Source: Gammaproteobacteria bacterium (GTDB lineage Bacteria; Pseudomonadota; Gammaproteobacteria; UBA4575). From it: DNA of 64,000 nt. Shown one piece after another: positions 23,935-33,476 of this stretch. Position 1 is the stretch's first letter, and each line of letters begins with the position of its first letter. The stretch lies in assembly GCA_965243395.1 (NCBI GenBank), contig CBDEUS010000001.1:1088001-1152000 (forward strand), written 5' to 3'. The translations under genes were made by a program, and so were the position numbers. Below the pieces are notes generated by a model. It saw only the letters and a program-made list of their open reading frames with translations, was not told the origin of the DNA and did not search any database.

Positions 23935-24700
23935 GTGTAGAGACTGATATCGTCGGTATAAATCACCCCATAGATACAGAAATCTGACTGGATAAAGTCC
24001 TTTTACTCCAACTCCAATGTATTGATTCAGAGTAAAATTTTAGCGCTTTCAGCGAGAAAAACAGTGACCGAGTAGAACGAGTGAAGCATTTGGCTTATCA
24101 ACTGTGCGCAGATATAAATGGACTATATGGCCCAAAATTCTAATTTTTTCATTACAAACAATAAGTTATATTATTTTTGTCGAAAGTTTGCTTTTGGTAC
24201 GTATTTTAAGTTTAGTTTGTTGTTTGATTCTTAAAATAAGAAACCTTAGGGCATGAATTCAATTAGAATTTAGCTCAATTTAGGTATGAATTTCTTGTAG
24301 TTCATAATTAAATTAATGAGCATATTGGTTATTTTTTGACGAATGAAATTTTGAAGTCGGTCAATCAGATAGCATCAATATACGACTGGCTAGTACGATA
24401 GAATTTTATGGTTAATTAAGGCGTGCACAATACTCAGTGTCAATTTAACACTACATATTTATCATGCAAAAACGTCAACTATTATGCTACAGATCTCTAA
24501 ACTAATAGTGTACAAGGCTTAGTGTGCTATCAAAAAGGTATAGATAAACATTCATTATTGGATGTACTGTTATATGCAATAAGACATTTTATGCTAAAAA
24601 TATTCGACATAATGCTCGAAAACGTTATGATGCAAGCTAGAATTAAAAGCGGCCAACTAGAAAAAGCTGCTACACAACCCTACTTATAGGAGAATGAACT

Positions 24701-25033
24701 ATGTTTGGATTAGGTGGGAAAAATAAGGACTTCAATGTAACAATCAAAAATACCGGCCAGACATTTGAAGTTAAAGGCGGTATTAACCTATTACAAGCAG
24801 CTAAAAATGCTGGTATTGACTGGCCCTGCGACTGCAAAGTTGGCTCATGCGGTTCATGTCGCGCTAAATTAATTAGTGGCAAAGTAAAAGAGTTAACTGA
24901 TTTTGCATACACATTGGATGGCGACATGTTAAAAGAAAACTACATTCTTGCATGTCAATCGCGTCTGAAGACTGATTTAGAAGTCGAAGTAGATTTTGAC
25001 CAAGGCGCTATTAACCCTGACTACAAATCTTAA
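24701..25033 (+). CDS. Stand-alone 2Fe-2S ferredoxin
   Basis: CKVGSCGSC...LACQ; RBS AGGAG. Confidence 0.9.
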   Translation: MFGLGGKNKDFNVTIKNTGQTFEVKGGINLLQAAKNAGIDWPCDCKVGSCGSCRAKLISGKVKELTDFAYTLDGDMLKENYILACQSRLKTDLEVEVDFDQGAINPDYKS

Positions 25034-25051
25034 GCGATTTCTTTATTTAAT

Positions 25052-25083
25052 AAAGCGTGGCATCTTTTCTGTCACGCTTTTTT
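25052..25083 (+). terminator. Rho-independent terminator after ferredoxin
   Basis: AAAGCGTGGCA-loop-TGTCACGCTTT plus T run. Confidence 0.75.
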
Positions 25084-25116
25084 ATTGCGTGAATGTTTTA
25101 CAAATATAATTGAAGA

Positions 25117-25545
25117 ATGTCCTTTTGGAGCAACATACAAACCTGGAAAGAAAGCGCATACAATACCATGTGGTGTTTAATAGGCTGCTCTATCGGTGAT
25201 TTTGGCACAATAGCATTTTTTCAATTCTCAAAATTTAGTCTTCCTCCATTGTATGTTTTAACTCTTGCTATTATTAATGGTCTTATTACTAGCATACTCT
25301 TAGAAACTTATATTCTCAGCCGTAGAGGTATGGAGTTTATGCAAGCACTAAATACTGCTTTAGGAATGAGTTTTATATCGATGATTTCAATGGAAGCAGC
25401 CATGAATATTACCGACTATTATTTAACCGGTGGCGCCAAATTAACTTGGTGGGTAGTACCGATAATGCTTATAGTAGGGTTTTTAACTCCATGGCCCTAT
25501 AATTATTGGCGTCTAAAAAAGTTTGGCCATGCTTGCTGTCACTAA
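25117..25545 (+). CDS. DUF4396-like membrane protein
   Basis: WCLIGCSIGD, SMISMEAAMN, PWPYNYW, C-terminal HACCH. Confidence 0.75.
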   Translation: MSFWSNIQTWKESAYNTMWCLIGCSIGDFGTIAFFQFSKFSLPPLYVLTLAIINGLITSILLETYILSRRGMEFMQALNTALGMSFISMISMEAAMNITDYYLTGGAKLTWWVVPIMLIVGFLTPWPYNYWRLKKFGHACCH

Positions 25546-25547
25546 AA

Positions 25548-27440
25548 GTGCCCACGAACTCCGAATCTAACACACACAACCAGTTTCAATTACTCAAAGA
25601 AAGACGTTTTCGCCCTTTTTTTCTCACGCAATTTTTCGGTGCATTTAACGACAATGTTTTTAAAAATGCATTGTTCATTTCGATTGCATTTCAAAGTAGC
25701 TATTCGGGTTCGGATAAATCCAGTTATATTATTAATCTAGGTGCAATTTTATTTATTATTCCTTTTTTATTGTTTTCATCAACCGCAGGACAAATTGCTG
25801 ATCGCTATGAAAAATCATTATTAATTAGACGAATTAAATTAGCTGAAATTGGCATTATGATTTTGGCAACGATAGGCTTTTATATACAAAGCATACCGTT
25901 ACTTTTATTTGCCCTTTTCTTGATGGGCACTCAATCTTCATTATTTGGACCTATAAAATATTCCATCATTCCTCAACACCTCAATAAGTATGAACTTGTC
26001 GGTGGCAATGCGCTTGTTGAAACCGGTACTTTTGGCGCTATTATATTAGGAACAATGCTTGGCGGTATTTTGGTTGGTTTACCTGATGGAACAAAACTAC
26101 TCATACCTATAACTATAATTGCATTAGCTACATTAGGCTTTTTAAATAGTTTAAGAATTCCTCTAGCACCCGCTGTAGACCCGAATCATAAAATTAAATG
26201 GAATGTTTTATCAGAGACCTTTAATAATTTAAATACATTAAGAAAAAATCGAACTGTATTTAACTCCGTTTTGGGTGTGTCGTGGTTCTGGTTTCTTGGT
26301 GCAACCTATTTAACACAATTGCCTAATTTCACCCGCCTATCAGTTGGCGGAAACGAGCAAGTTGTAACATTTTTCCTGGCATTATTTTGTATAGGCATTG
26401 GAATAGGTTCCCTTACTTGTGAGCGGCTTTCCAATCGCACAATCGAACTAGGTTTGGTCCCCATAGGTTCTATCGGGCTTACGTTATTTGGTACGGATTT
26501 ATTCTTTGCTACTACGGCGCAAACAAGTTCTGAATTAATTGGTTTCAAAGAATTTATTTTGAATCGCGCTAATTGGCGTTTAGTGTTGGATATTTTCTTA
26601 TTAGGTGTATTCGGAGGTATTTATATCGTACCACTATATGCACTTATTCAAGCGCGCTCAAATCCTAAACGTCGTTCTCGAGTGATTGCTGGCAACAATA
26701 TTTTGAATGCATTACTCATGATTACTGCTGCGATATACGCAATTATATTAATTAATATAGGTTTAACAATCCCACAAATATTTTTGATTGCAGCAATACT
26801 AAATGCAGTGGTTGCTATTTATATATATACACTTGTACCAGAATTTTTTATGCGCTTTGTAACCTGGATATTAGTCCACCTCGTATATCGAATTAAGAAA
26901 GTTGATTTAGATAATATTCCCGAAGAAGGCCCTGCGGTAATTGTTTCTAATCACGTTAGCTTAATGGATGCGCTCATAATTGGTGGCAGCGTAAGAAGAC
27001 CTATTCGTTTTGTGATGTACCATAAAATTTTCAATATTCCTTTTTTACGCTTTATTTTCAAAACTGCTAATGCAATTCCTATTGCGCCAAAAAAAGAAAA
27101 TCCTGAATTATTAGAACATGCCTACAAAAAAATCTCTGAAGAGCTACGAAACGGCAATGTCGTCGGTATATTTCCAGAAGGTAAACTTTCTTCTGATGGA
27201 AATGTAGATGCTTTCAAACCTGGAATTGAGCGCATACTAAAAGAAACACCTGTGCCTGTTATTCCTATTGCACTGAAAGGTATGTGGGGAAGCTTTTTCA
27301 GCAATAAGCATGGCAAGCCTTTAAGTGGATTTCCCCGTAGAATGTTAGCAAAAATCAAAATAACAGCAGGCAAACTATTACCGGCTAATCAAGTAAGTGC
27401 AACCAAACTACAGCAAATTGTGATTAAAATGCTAGATTAA
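25548..27440 (+). CDS. MFS lysophospholipid transporter (LplT-like) fused to PlsC-type acyltransferase (start probably GTG 25548)
   Basis: FLTQFFGAFNDNVFKNA, FGPIKYSIIP; C-terminal NHVSLMD (HxxxxD) and FPEG. Confidence 0.88.
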   Translation: MPTNSESNTHNQFQLLKERRFRPFFLTQFFGAFNDNVFKNALFISIAFQSSYSGSDKSSYIINLGAILFIIPFLLFSSTAGQIADRYEKSLLIRRIKLAEIGIMILATIGFYIQSIPLLLFALFLMGTQSSLFGPIKYSIIPQHLNKYELVGGNALVETGTFGAIILGTMLGGILVGLPDGTKLLIPITIIALATLGFLNSLRIPLAPAVDPNHKIKWNVLSETFNNLNTLRKNRTVFNSVLGVSWFWFLGATYLTQLPNFTRLSVGGNEQVVTFFLALFCIGIGIGSLTCERLSNRTIELGLVPIGSIGLTLFGTDLFFATTAQTSSELIGFKEFILNRANWRLVLDIFLLGVFGGIYIVPLYALIQARSNPKRRSRVIAGNNILNALLMITAAIYAIILINIGLTIPQIFLIAAILNAVVAIYIYTLVPEFFMRFVTWILVHLVYRIKKVDLDNIPEEGPAVIVSNHVSLMDALIIGGSVRRPIRFVMYHKIFNIPFLRFIFKTANAIPIAPKKENPELLEHAYKKISEELRNGNVVGIFPEGKLSSDGNVDAFKPGIERILKETPVPVIPIALKGMWGSFFSNKHGKPLSGFPRRMLAKIKITAGKLLPANQVSATKLQQIVIKMLD

Positions 27441-27513
27441 TATATATAGTATCCAATGTGATTTCGTATAAAATATATAGATTGCTTACCACTCAATTTA
27501 TTCATCGACGTTC

Positions 27514-28122
27514 ATGACGCTATATAAAGTTAAACACCATACATTAGATCCCTACTCTTCAAAGGCGATACGTAAAATATTGGCAGATAATAAGAAGTAT
27601 ATTGTTGATGAATTTATACAACAAATTGAAAAATACATTGAAGATTATAATGCTGTAGTGAAAAACAGCCTCAATATCCCTCAGGCTCAAATAACCGCAG
27701 ATAATCTTGATAATACTGCCAAAGATATAAATAAAGTACTAAATGATTTACAAACGTTGCCTACATTTGGCATACCTTTACTAAAAGCCAAAGCATCATT
27801 CTCTGGTTTAGGCTATTTACCTGAAATATTAGATCGTACAAGGACTGATCTTATGCACGTAAGAGATATCATCAATTGGGCAACAGATAATATTCGTGGG
27901 CAAACTAATCAAGATGCTTTATATCGCTTGAAAATATTGATTTCAAATATTGCCAAACTTTATAAGGATAAGTTTAATAAAACTTTGACCACGAATGAAA
28001 AATCTGAATTCATGCAAATTATGCAAATTGTTTTTATAGAAATCGACGAAACATTCTCAAGGACAATCATCCAAAATGAAATCGATGAATTACAACAAGC
28101 CGATTTATCTACAAAATATTAA
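27514..28122 (+). CDS. Hypothetical protein
   Basis: 202-aa ORF, no motif recognised. Confidence 0.6.
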   Translation: MTLYKVKHHTLDPYSSKAIRKILADNKKYIVDEFIQQIEKYIEDYNAVVKNSLNIPQAQITADNLDNTAKDINKVLNDLQTLPTFGIPLLKAKASFSGLGYLPEILDRTRTDLMHVRDIINWATDNIRGQTNQDALYRLKILISNIAKLYKDKFNKTLTTNEKSEFMQIMQIVFIEIDETFSRTIIQNEIDELQQADLSTKY

Positions 28123-28252
28123 TAACACTTCTACTTTCAAAGCTAACAAGTAACTGTAAAAAAATGCAATCAAATATTGCTGTATACATTTGATATATTA
28201 TTCAGCAATTGCTTCAGTATCATTGCCTTAAGCAAAATCAAATAATTCTCAG

Positions 28253-29242
28253 CTATTGTATTGTAATTCCTTCTACACGCATTAAATGTGTCAATGCTTC
28301 TTCTAACATCGACCGTGCTTGTGCTGTAGTTGCATGCAGATATGAATGAAGTGCAGCATCTTGCTTGTTTTCGTTTTCACATTCAGCACTATAGATTTCA
28401 AATGCTACTAAATGGCGAACTAATTCTGTTATATGCTTTGGGCATTCACATTTAATCGTATCGGATTGTTTAGCGAGCTCGAGTAATTGCTTATTACTAA
28501 AGCTCCTTGTCGGTATTGTTTGCTCAAAGTGCAAAGTTGACCCCACTTCTAAACTAGGTAACCTACCACTGCCTCCGGAGTGATAAATACATAAACGGCC
28601 TAACTCTTGAACATCGATAGATGTGCGGACTACTGTAGTTTGAGATGACTGAATTTGTTCAATGAATTCTTGATTACTAAATCCATAAATTAAAATAACA
28701 TGCCAAGCACCGCTGATCTCACGAATTTTTTGAATTTCTGAGTTAGTAAACTGGTTAATAGTTGGCTTTTCAACTACAACTACTTCGGGTTGTTTTGATT
28801 GCGCAATATCTAACTCTAACTCTTCAATTGTTTCATATACACCAACAATATTAATACCATTTACTTCTGGCAAACCATCCATTATCCGTAACGGTATACT
28901 GTCTCCCAACAATGCAACGTGGCAAATCTCAGTATCAGAAAAAGTTTCTTTTGAACTTGCACGTTTATGGTCGCTAATAACAACTGCATCTAGCTCTGCA
29001 CGGGCTTTAAGTTGCTCCATGTTTAAACGTGCAATCGTTCCTATCGAAATTCCAGCGTCTACGAGTGATTTTAGTAGAAGTAATTTTGCAACATCATCAC
29101 GTGAATAGTTACGATCACCAGATTCGGTACGTGATGGCGTCACTGCATTATATCTGCGTTCCCATGCACGCAAGGTTTCGGAACCTATTCCAGTAATTCT
29201 TGATACCGCTCCAATTTTATATGTAGTTAATTGGCTATCCAT
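28253..29242 (-). CDS. MerR-family regulator with CarH/LitR-like HTH and C-terminal CECPxH motif
   Basis: YKIGAVSRITGIGSETLRAWERRY..V.PSRTESGDRNYS; IKCECPKH. Confidence 0.85.
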   Translation of the reverse strand: MDSQLTTYKIGAVSRITGIGSETLRAWERRYNAVTPSRTESGDRNYSRDDVAKLLLLKSLVDAGISIGTIARLNMEQLKARAELDAVVISDHKRASSKETFSDTEICHVALLGDSIPLRIMDGLPEVNGINIVGVYETIEELELDIAQSKQPEVVVVEKPTINQFTNSEIQKIREISGAWHVILIYGFSNQEFIEQIQSSQTTVVRTSIDVQELGRLCIYHSGGSGRLPSLEVGSTLHFEQTIPTRSFSNKQLLELAKQSDTIKCECPKHITELVRHLVAFEIYSAECENENKQDAALHSYLHATTAQARSMLEEALTHLMRVEGITIQ

Positions 29243-29518
29243 TTTTGTAACCCTTGATATTTTTCATTACGTATTTGTACAGATTTAATTACATTTATCT
29301 GTACATATAATGTAAATCAAAGATTATTTGTTAGCAAATATCTGTACAGTATATAGATATTTAGCTCAGGTTAGTGCCTATAAAAGCTATGCCTACTTAG
29401 ATATAAGTCACTGTTTTTATGATATTATTTGAATTTTATTCGTTTATTAGCAGGAGCGAGATTGAGTCGTATGACCCAACTCTAATGAACTTGTACAGAA
29501 TTTATATAAAGCCTTTAA

Positions 29519-29752
29519 TCAAGAGCTTGAAGATCGTTTTTGTTGCTCACGAATACTGGTATCACTCGCTTCTTGCAGGATGGTATTCGCTTCATCTTCA
29601 TTAAACTCGTAAACGAGGCTATCGCGATAATAATCTACTACTTTGTTCATAATGCGGATAATCTCAAAATCTTTGAGATCATTTGTTGTCCTTATACCTT
29701 CCATATATTTAAGAACCTTATGTTCTAAGGTACTTTCACCAAAATAGCTCAT
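29519..29752 (-). CDS. Small hypothetical protein
   Basis: 77-aa ORF with AGGGG upstream. Confidence 0.5.
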   Translation of the reverse strand: MSYFGESTLEHKVLKYMEGIRTTNDLKDFEIIRIMNKVVDYYRDSLVYEFNEDEANTILQEASDTSIREQQKRSSSS

Positions 29753-30121
29753 GGATAAACCCCTAAATTTTCTAGCATTATTGCTATATGTTATTGAGCC
29801 TTATTAAGGTATGTGAATCTATATATGGCCGAACGTAATGTTAAAAGTGACGAGGGGATCTAAACTAGGCACTCTAGCAATCTAGCCTGCTCTAAAAATA
29901 ACTAACGCCACAATAGTGTTTTAGAGGATTCAAGCACTTTTAACGCCCTAATAATCCACGCAAATATTCAAAAATTAACTGTTTTTTCAACTAAATATTT
30001 ATTTAAATAAAAACTGTATTCGCAAATTATTTGAATAACAGACTTTTAATATGCTTTATATTACTTCAAAAAATCAAACTGATGACTAAGACTCATAACT
30101 CTAAACTTGATACATAAAATT

Positions 30122-30137
30122 TGTTAATTTGCTCACA
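30122..30137. promoter_or_regulatory. CRP-family-like site
   Basis: TGTTA-N6-TCACA, one mismatch to TGTGA-N6-TCACA, AT-rich flanks. Confidence 0.45.
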
Positions 30138-30175
30138 TATTCTGGAATCTATAACGTCTACTGTGTCACTATATA

Positions 30176-30195
30176 TAGTTGTTTAATAACAACTA
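30176..30195. promoter_or_regulatory. Putative MarR operator
   Basis: Perfect 8-bp inverted repeat TAGTTGTT-TAAT-AACAACTA about 100 bp upstream of the MarR gene. Confidence 0.6.
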
Positions 30196-30196
30196 C

Positions 30197-30228
30197 TAGA
30201 CTATGTATAAATTTAGACTATGTATAAA
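30197..30228. repeat. 15-bp direct repeat, two copies
   Basis: TAGACTATGTATAAA at 30197-30211 and 30214-30228. Confidence 0.85.
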
Positions 30229-30290
30229 ACATAGCAACGGGGGAGAGTTGGTAAAAAACGGAAATTTTTACAACTACACTTGAGAGTCAA

Positions 30291-30782
30291 ATGAACATTA
30301 CTGAAGAAGAAAATGATTTCACAAAGCGAGTGCTTGAGAGCAGACAATCAGAAAATGATGCTGACATCATTACTTATATTGAAACAATACACAGTATTGC
30401 TAGAAAAAAGACGACTGGTTACTTAAAAAAGCATCAAGTTAATTATCAACAATGGCGCATCTTAAAATCCATTTACCTTGAGCTTGCAATCACGCCAGCA
30501 AAAGTTTCAGCAGCAACGTTTACAGATTCTGGCACTATCAGCAGACAGCTAGAATTGCTAGAAACTAAAGGATTGGTACAAAGAGAACACAGCAAACAAG
30601 ACCGTCGGGTAGTAAATTTAAGACTGACCCCAAAAGGTGAAAATGTTGCGAAAGATGGGATTAAGTTTAGTGAAAAATTAATAGACTGTGTGCGCGAAAA
30701 AATCGGTGATGACAAAACAGAAGAATTTCATCAAGCATTAATCGGTGCTTTAAAATGTTCTGCATTCAGCACTGATAAATGA
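30291..30782 (+). CDS. MarR-family transcriptional regulator
   Basis: QQWRIL, TISRQLELLETKGLVQR...DRRVVNLRLTPKG. Confidence 0.92.
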   Translation: MNITEEENDFTKRVLESRQSENDADIITYIETIHSIARKKTTGYLKKHQVNYQQWRILKSIYLELAITPAKVSAATFTDSGTISRQLELLETKGLVQREHSKQDRRVVNLRLTPKGENVAKDGIKFSEKLIDCVREKIGDDKTEEFHQALIGALKCSAFSTDK

Positions 30783-30813
30783 TCCATAATTTTTCATAAA
30801 TTAATTTAAATAA

Positions 30814-30843
30814 TAAAAAGCCTCCGGAACCGGAGGCTTTTAT
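30814..30843. terminator. Bidirectional rho-independent terminator
   Basis: AAAAAGCCTCCGG-AA-CCGGAGGCTTTT between convergent genes. Confidence 0.88.
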
Positions 30844-30892
30844 CTAAATGCGTAATTAGAATACGCATGGAGTTGGACTCGGTAATATTTTA

Positions 30893-30991
30893 TTAATGAA
30901 GTTTATGCTTGTGTAAGTACACAGTGCTAGCAATAATAATTCCCACTAAAGCAATAACATCAAACATAAGAATTGTGTGTGTAACTTCCAT
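30893..30991 (-). CDS. 32-aa single-TM small protein (not in ORF track)
   Basis: MEVTHTILMFDVIALVGIIIASTVYLHKHKLH*; GGGA upstream; terminator downstream. Confidence 0.55.
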   Translation of the reverse strand: MEVTHTILMFDVIALVGIIIASTVYLHKHKLH

Positions 30992-31045
30992 TTTATTTTC
31001 CCATTGATAGTTTATTTAATGTTTGTAATATTTAATTCCACCAAA

Positions 31046-31249
31046 TTACTCATATACCTTTGATTGCGAATTTAGCTGCGAGATCCAATCGTATATCTCT
31101 AATACCTGATCACGACTTAAATTCGTATCACTTGCAACGCTTTCAGTAGAATTCTGACGAGCTTTTAATGAACTCAGTTTTTTAACTGTTGGGAACTTAT
31201 GCAATCGAGAAGGCTTGCACAGCCTTTGAATACTTTTAAATGACAGCAT
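31046..31249 (-). CDS. Small hypothetical protein
   Basis: Strong RBS AAGGAG 5 nt before ATG. Confidence 0.6.
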   Translation of the reverse strand: MLSFKSIQRLCKPSRLHKFPTVKKLSSLKARQNSTESVASDTNLSRDQVLEIYDWISQLNSQSKVYE

Positions 31250-31603
31250 GAATGCTCCTTTTCAATACGTTAGTTATATCCTATAACTTAGCCATACTTA
31301 TCCTGTATGACTGTAACTCATTGTATCGGCGTGCTATTCAATTACTTTAGGTTTAACCCTAAATGGTTGCTTATGCTAGATAATTGGTAGTAAGTCACGG
31401 ATTCTAGGTGCATTTTATATTAATTATTTAGATATTTTATAACCACAGCATCTGTTTCATTGATATTGCTTTACATTGCCTATCGGATACATTCAAAGCC
31501 CTCTTACACTGCACTACGATGTTCTTGGGTTCACCTTAAATCAAACAAGTTTGCTTATACCGTCTTACGCACCCTTGGACCTACTTTGAATCTAAAAACT
31601 TAC

Positions 31604-32824
31604 TCATACTGTTCGACGATGTCCGTCTGGCTTCCACGAGGGTGCAATTACATTCGGCATATCTGAACGATGCAAAAGATTAGCTGGTGCTAAAGTAAAC
31701 TCGCCATAACGCTGGTTAATTTTGTCCATTGCCTGATTAATACCGTCTCGTTTAAGATCCTTCTGAGTAAACAAAGAAAGCTGGTTACCTTTTTTTTTCG
31801 GATCAATTGCAGTAATTTGCACTTGAAAACATCCTTCTCCATGCCAGTAATTATTTAGCAAATCATTCGCGAGCTTTTTAATTTCACGACTATCGTCTGT
31901 AGGTTCAATAGTTTTCATCTTTAACGCTAACCATCCCTGTTTAGTGCGAAAACCAATAAAAAAACGTTGTCCTTCTAAATCATGTTTTCGCAAACGAGCT
32001 GCAACTTTTTCTGCCATATGATGCAAATAGATTTTTAATGTACTTTTATTTGTTGTATTCGGTGGCATAACTTTACCGTGACCTATCGACTTAGGCGCTG
32101 CAACAATAGGCTGTAAAGGCTCCGGATCTAAGCCCTGAGCCATGTACCAAATCCGTCTGCCCGGGTTCCCAAAACGTCTTGCTAATTCTCCAATAGGCAA
32201 TTTCTTCATATCGCCACATACATGTACACCACGATTTGTTAGAAATCTACCAATCCCTTTTGCAATACCACATAAATCCGTTACAGGTAATGTTTTGAGA
32301 AATTCTTCTGATTCCCAAGGCGGTACAACAACATGTCCATCGGGTTTATCTTGTTTAGCTGCAACTTTAGCTGTAGTTTTATCTCCGCTAATACCAACAC
32401 TGCAGGGCACTCCTCCTGCTTCATACACAGTATCTTTAATAAGCCTCCCTATATTTGCAGGATCACCATAAATATTTTGACAGTGAGTAAAATCTAAAAA
32501 GGCTTCATCTACTGAAAATATCTCAATATCAGGTGTAATGTTTTGCAATGCAGACATAATATTAGTGGACACTTCTGCATAACGATAAGGCCTGGCTGGC
32601 ACTTGAATCACATCAGGACATAGTTCTTTCGCGTACTTAATTCGAGTAGCTGTTTTTATCCCATAGGCTCTTGCTTCATAAGAGCAAGTAATAAAGCATG
32701 TGCCAGTAAGCCCGTTTGTAATACCTATCGGCCGGCCGCGTAACTCCGGGTGATCATGTTGTTCGATGCTCGCAAAGAAAGCATCCATATCGATTAATGC
32801 AATAGCACGCTCCCAATGTCTCAT
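31604..32824 (-). CDS. dinB: Y-family DNA polymerase IV
   Basis: IDMDAFFASIE, CSYEARAYG, SVDEAFLD, AKVAA...KPDG, clamp motif QLSLF. Confidence 0.93.
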   Translation of the reverse strand: MRHWERAIALIDMDAFFASIEQHDHPELRGRPIGITNGLTGTCFITCSYEARAYGIKTATRIKYAKELCPDVIQVPARPYRYAEVSTNIMSALQNITPDIEIFSVDEAFLDFTHCQNIYGDPANIGRLIKDTVYEAGGVPCSVGISGDKTTAKVAAKQDKPDGHVVVPPWESEEFLKTLPVTDLCGIAKGIGRFLTNRGVHVCGDMKKLPIGELARRFGNPGRRIWYMAQGLDPEPLQPIVAAPKSIGHGKVMPPNTTNKSTLKIYLHHMAEKVAARLRKHDLEGQRFFIGFRTKQGWLALKMKTIEPTDDSREIKKLANDLLNNYWHGEGCFQVQITAIDPKKKGNQLSLFTQKDLKRDGINQAMDKINQRYGEFTLAPANLLHRSDMPNVIAPSWKPDGHRRTV

Positions 32825-32840
32825 CGCCAGTCAACATGAG

Positions 32841-33431
32841 CTAGATATACATTCTTACTTGGCCCACTAATACACCTTGTATCGTTACACGATCAGTCGA
32901 ATATTCTTTGGGCTGCATCGTTTTATTAGCAGGAATTAAACGAATAACATCGCGATTTGGGAATTTAATTCTTTTTAACGTTGCATTTTCACCATCAATG
33001 AGCGCTACAACAATTTGATTACTGCGTGCAGCACTTGCTTGTTCGATGACAACAAGATCACCATTACGAATCCCTTCATCAATCATAGAGTGACCTTTCA
33101 CTTGCAATACATAACGGTTGGGGCCACCTAATAAGTTTGCAAAATTAATCAATTCACGATTTTCAATCGCTTCAATGGGTTTGCCGGCAGCAATACGTCC
33201 TAATAGTGGTAATTCATCGCAATCAGGATGGCCTTCTAATTCGATACCACGGTGTTTTTGATGCCGGCGTATGTAACCCTGCTCTTCTAATGTAGATAAA
33301 TAACGGTGCACCACTCCTTTTGATTGAATACCTAAACCCGTAGCAATTTCAGTTAATAATGGTGCTTTGCGATGTTTGGCAATATATTCTTGAATAAAAT
33401 GTAGGGTGCTTTGTTCGCGTTCAGTCAGCAT
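32841..33431 (-). CDS. lexA: SOS repressor LexA (likely start ATG 33431, MLTEREQ)
   Basis: Winged-HTH N-terminus, IAAGKP cleavage site, GHSM serine, ATLKR lysine; GGAG before 33431. Confidence 0.93.
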   Translation of the reverse strand: MLTEREQSTLHFIQEYIAKHRKAPLLTEIATGLGIQSKGVVHRYLSTLEEQGYIRRHQKHRGIELEGHPDCDELPLLGRIAAGKPIEAIENRELINFANLLGGPNRYVLQVKGHSMIDEGIRNGDLVVIEQASAARSNQIVVALIDGENATLKRIKFPNRDVIRLIPANKTMQPKEYSTDRVTIQGVLVGQVRMYI

Positions 33432-33434
33432 AAC

Positions 33435-33474
33435 GTTCTCCATAAGTTCTCATCATAGAGAACTTATGGAGAAC
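33435..33474. promoter_or_regulatory. Putative LexA operator: two GTTC-N7-GTTC boxes forming a perfect 17-bp inverted repeat
   Basis: GTTCTCCATAAGTTCTC-ATCATA-GAGAACTTATGGAGAAC. Confidence 0.75.
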
Positions 33475-33476
33475 AT

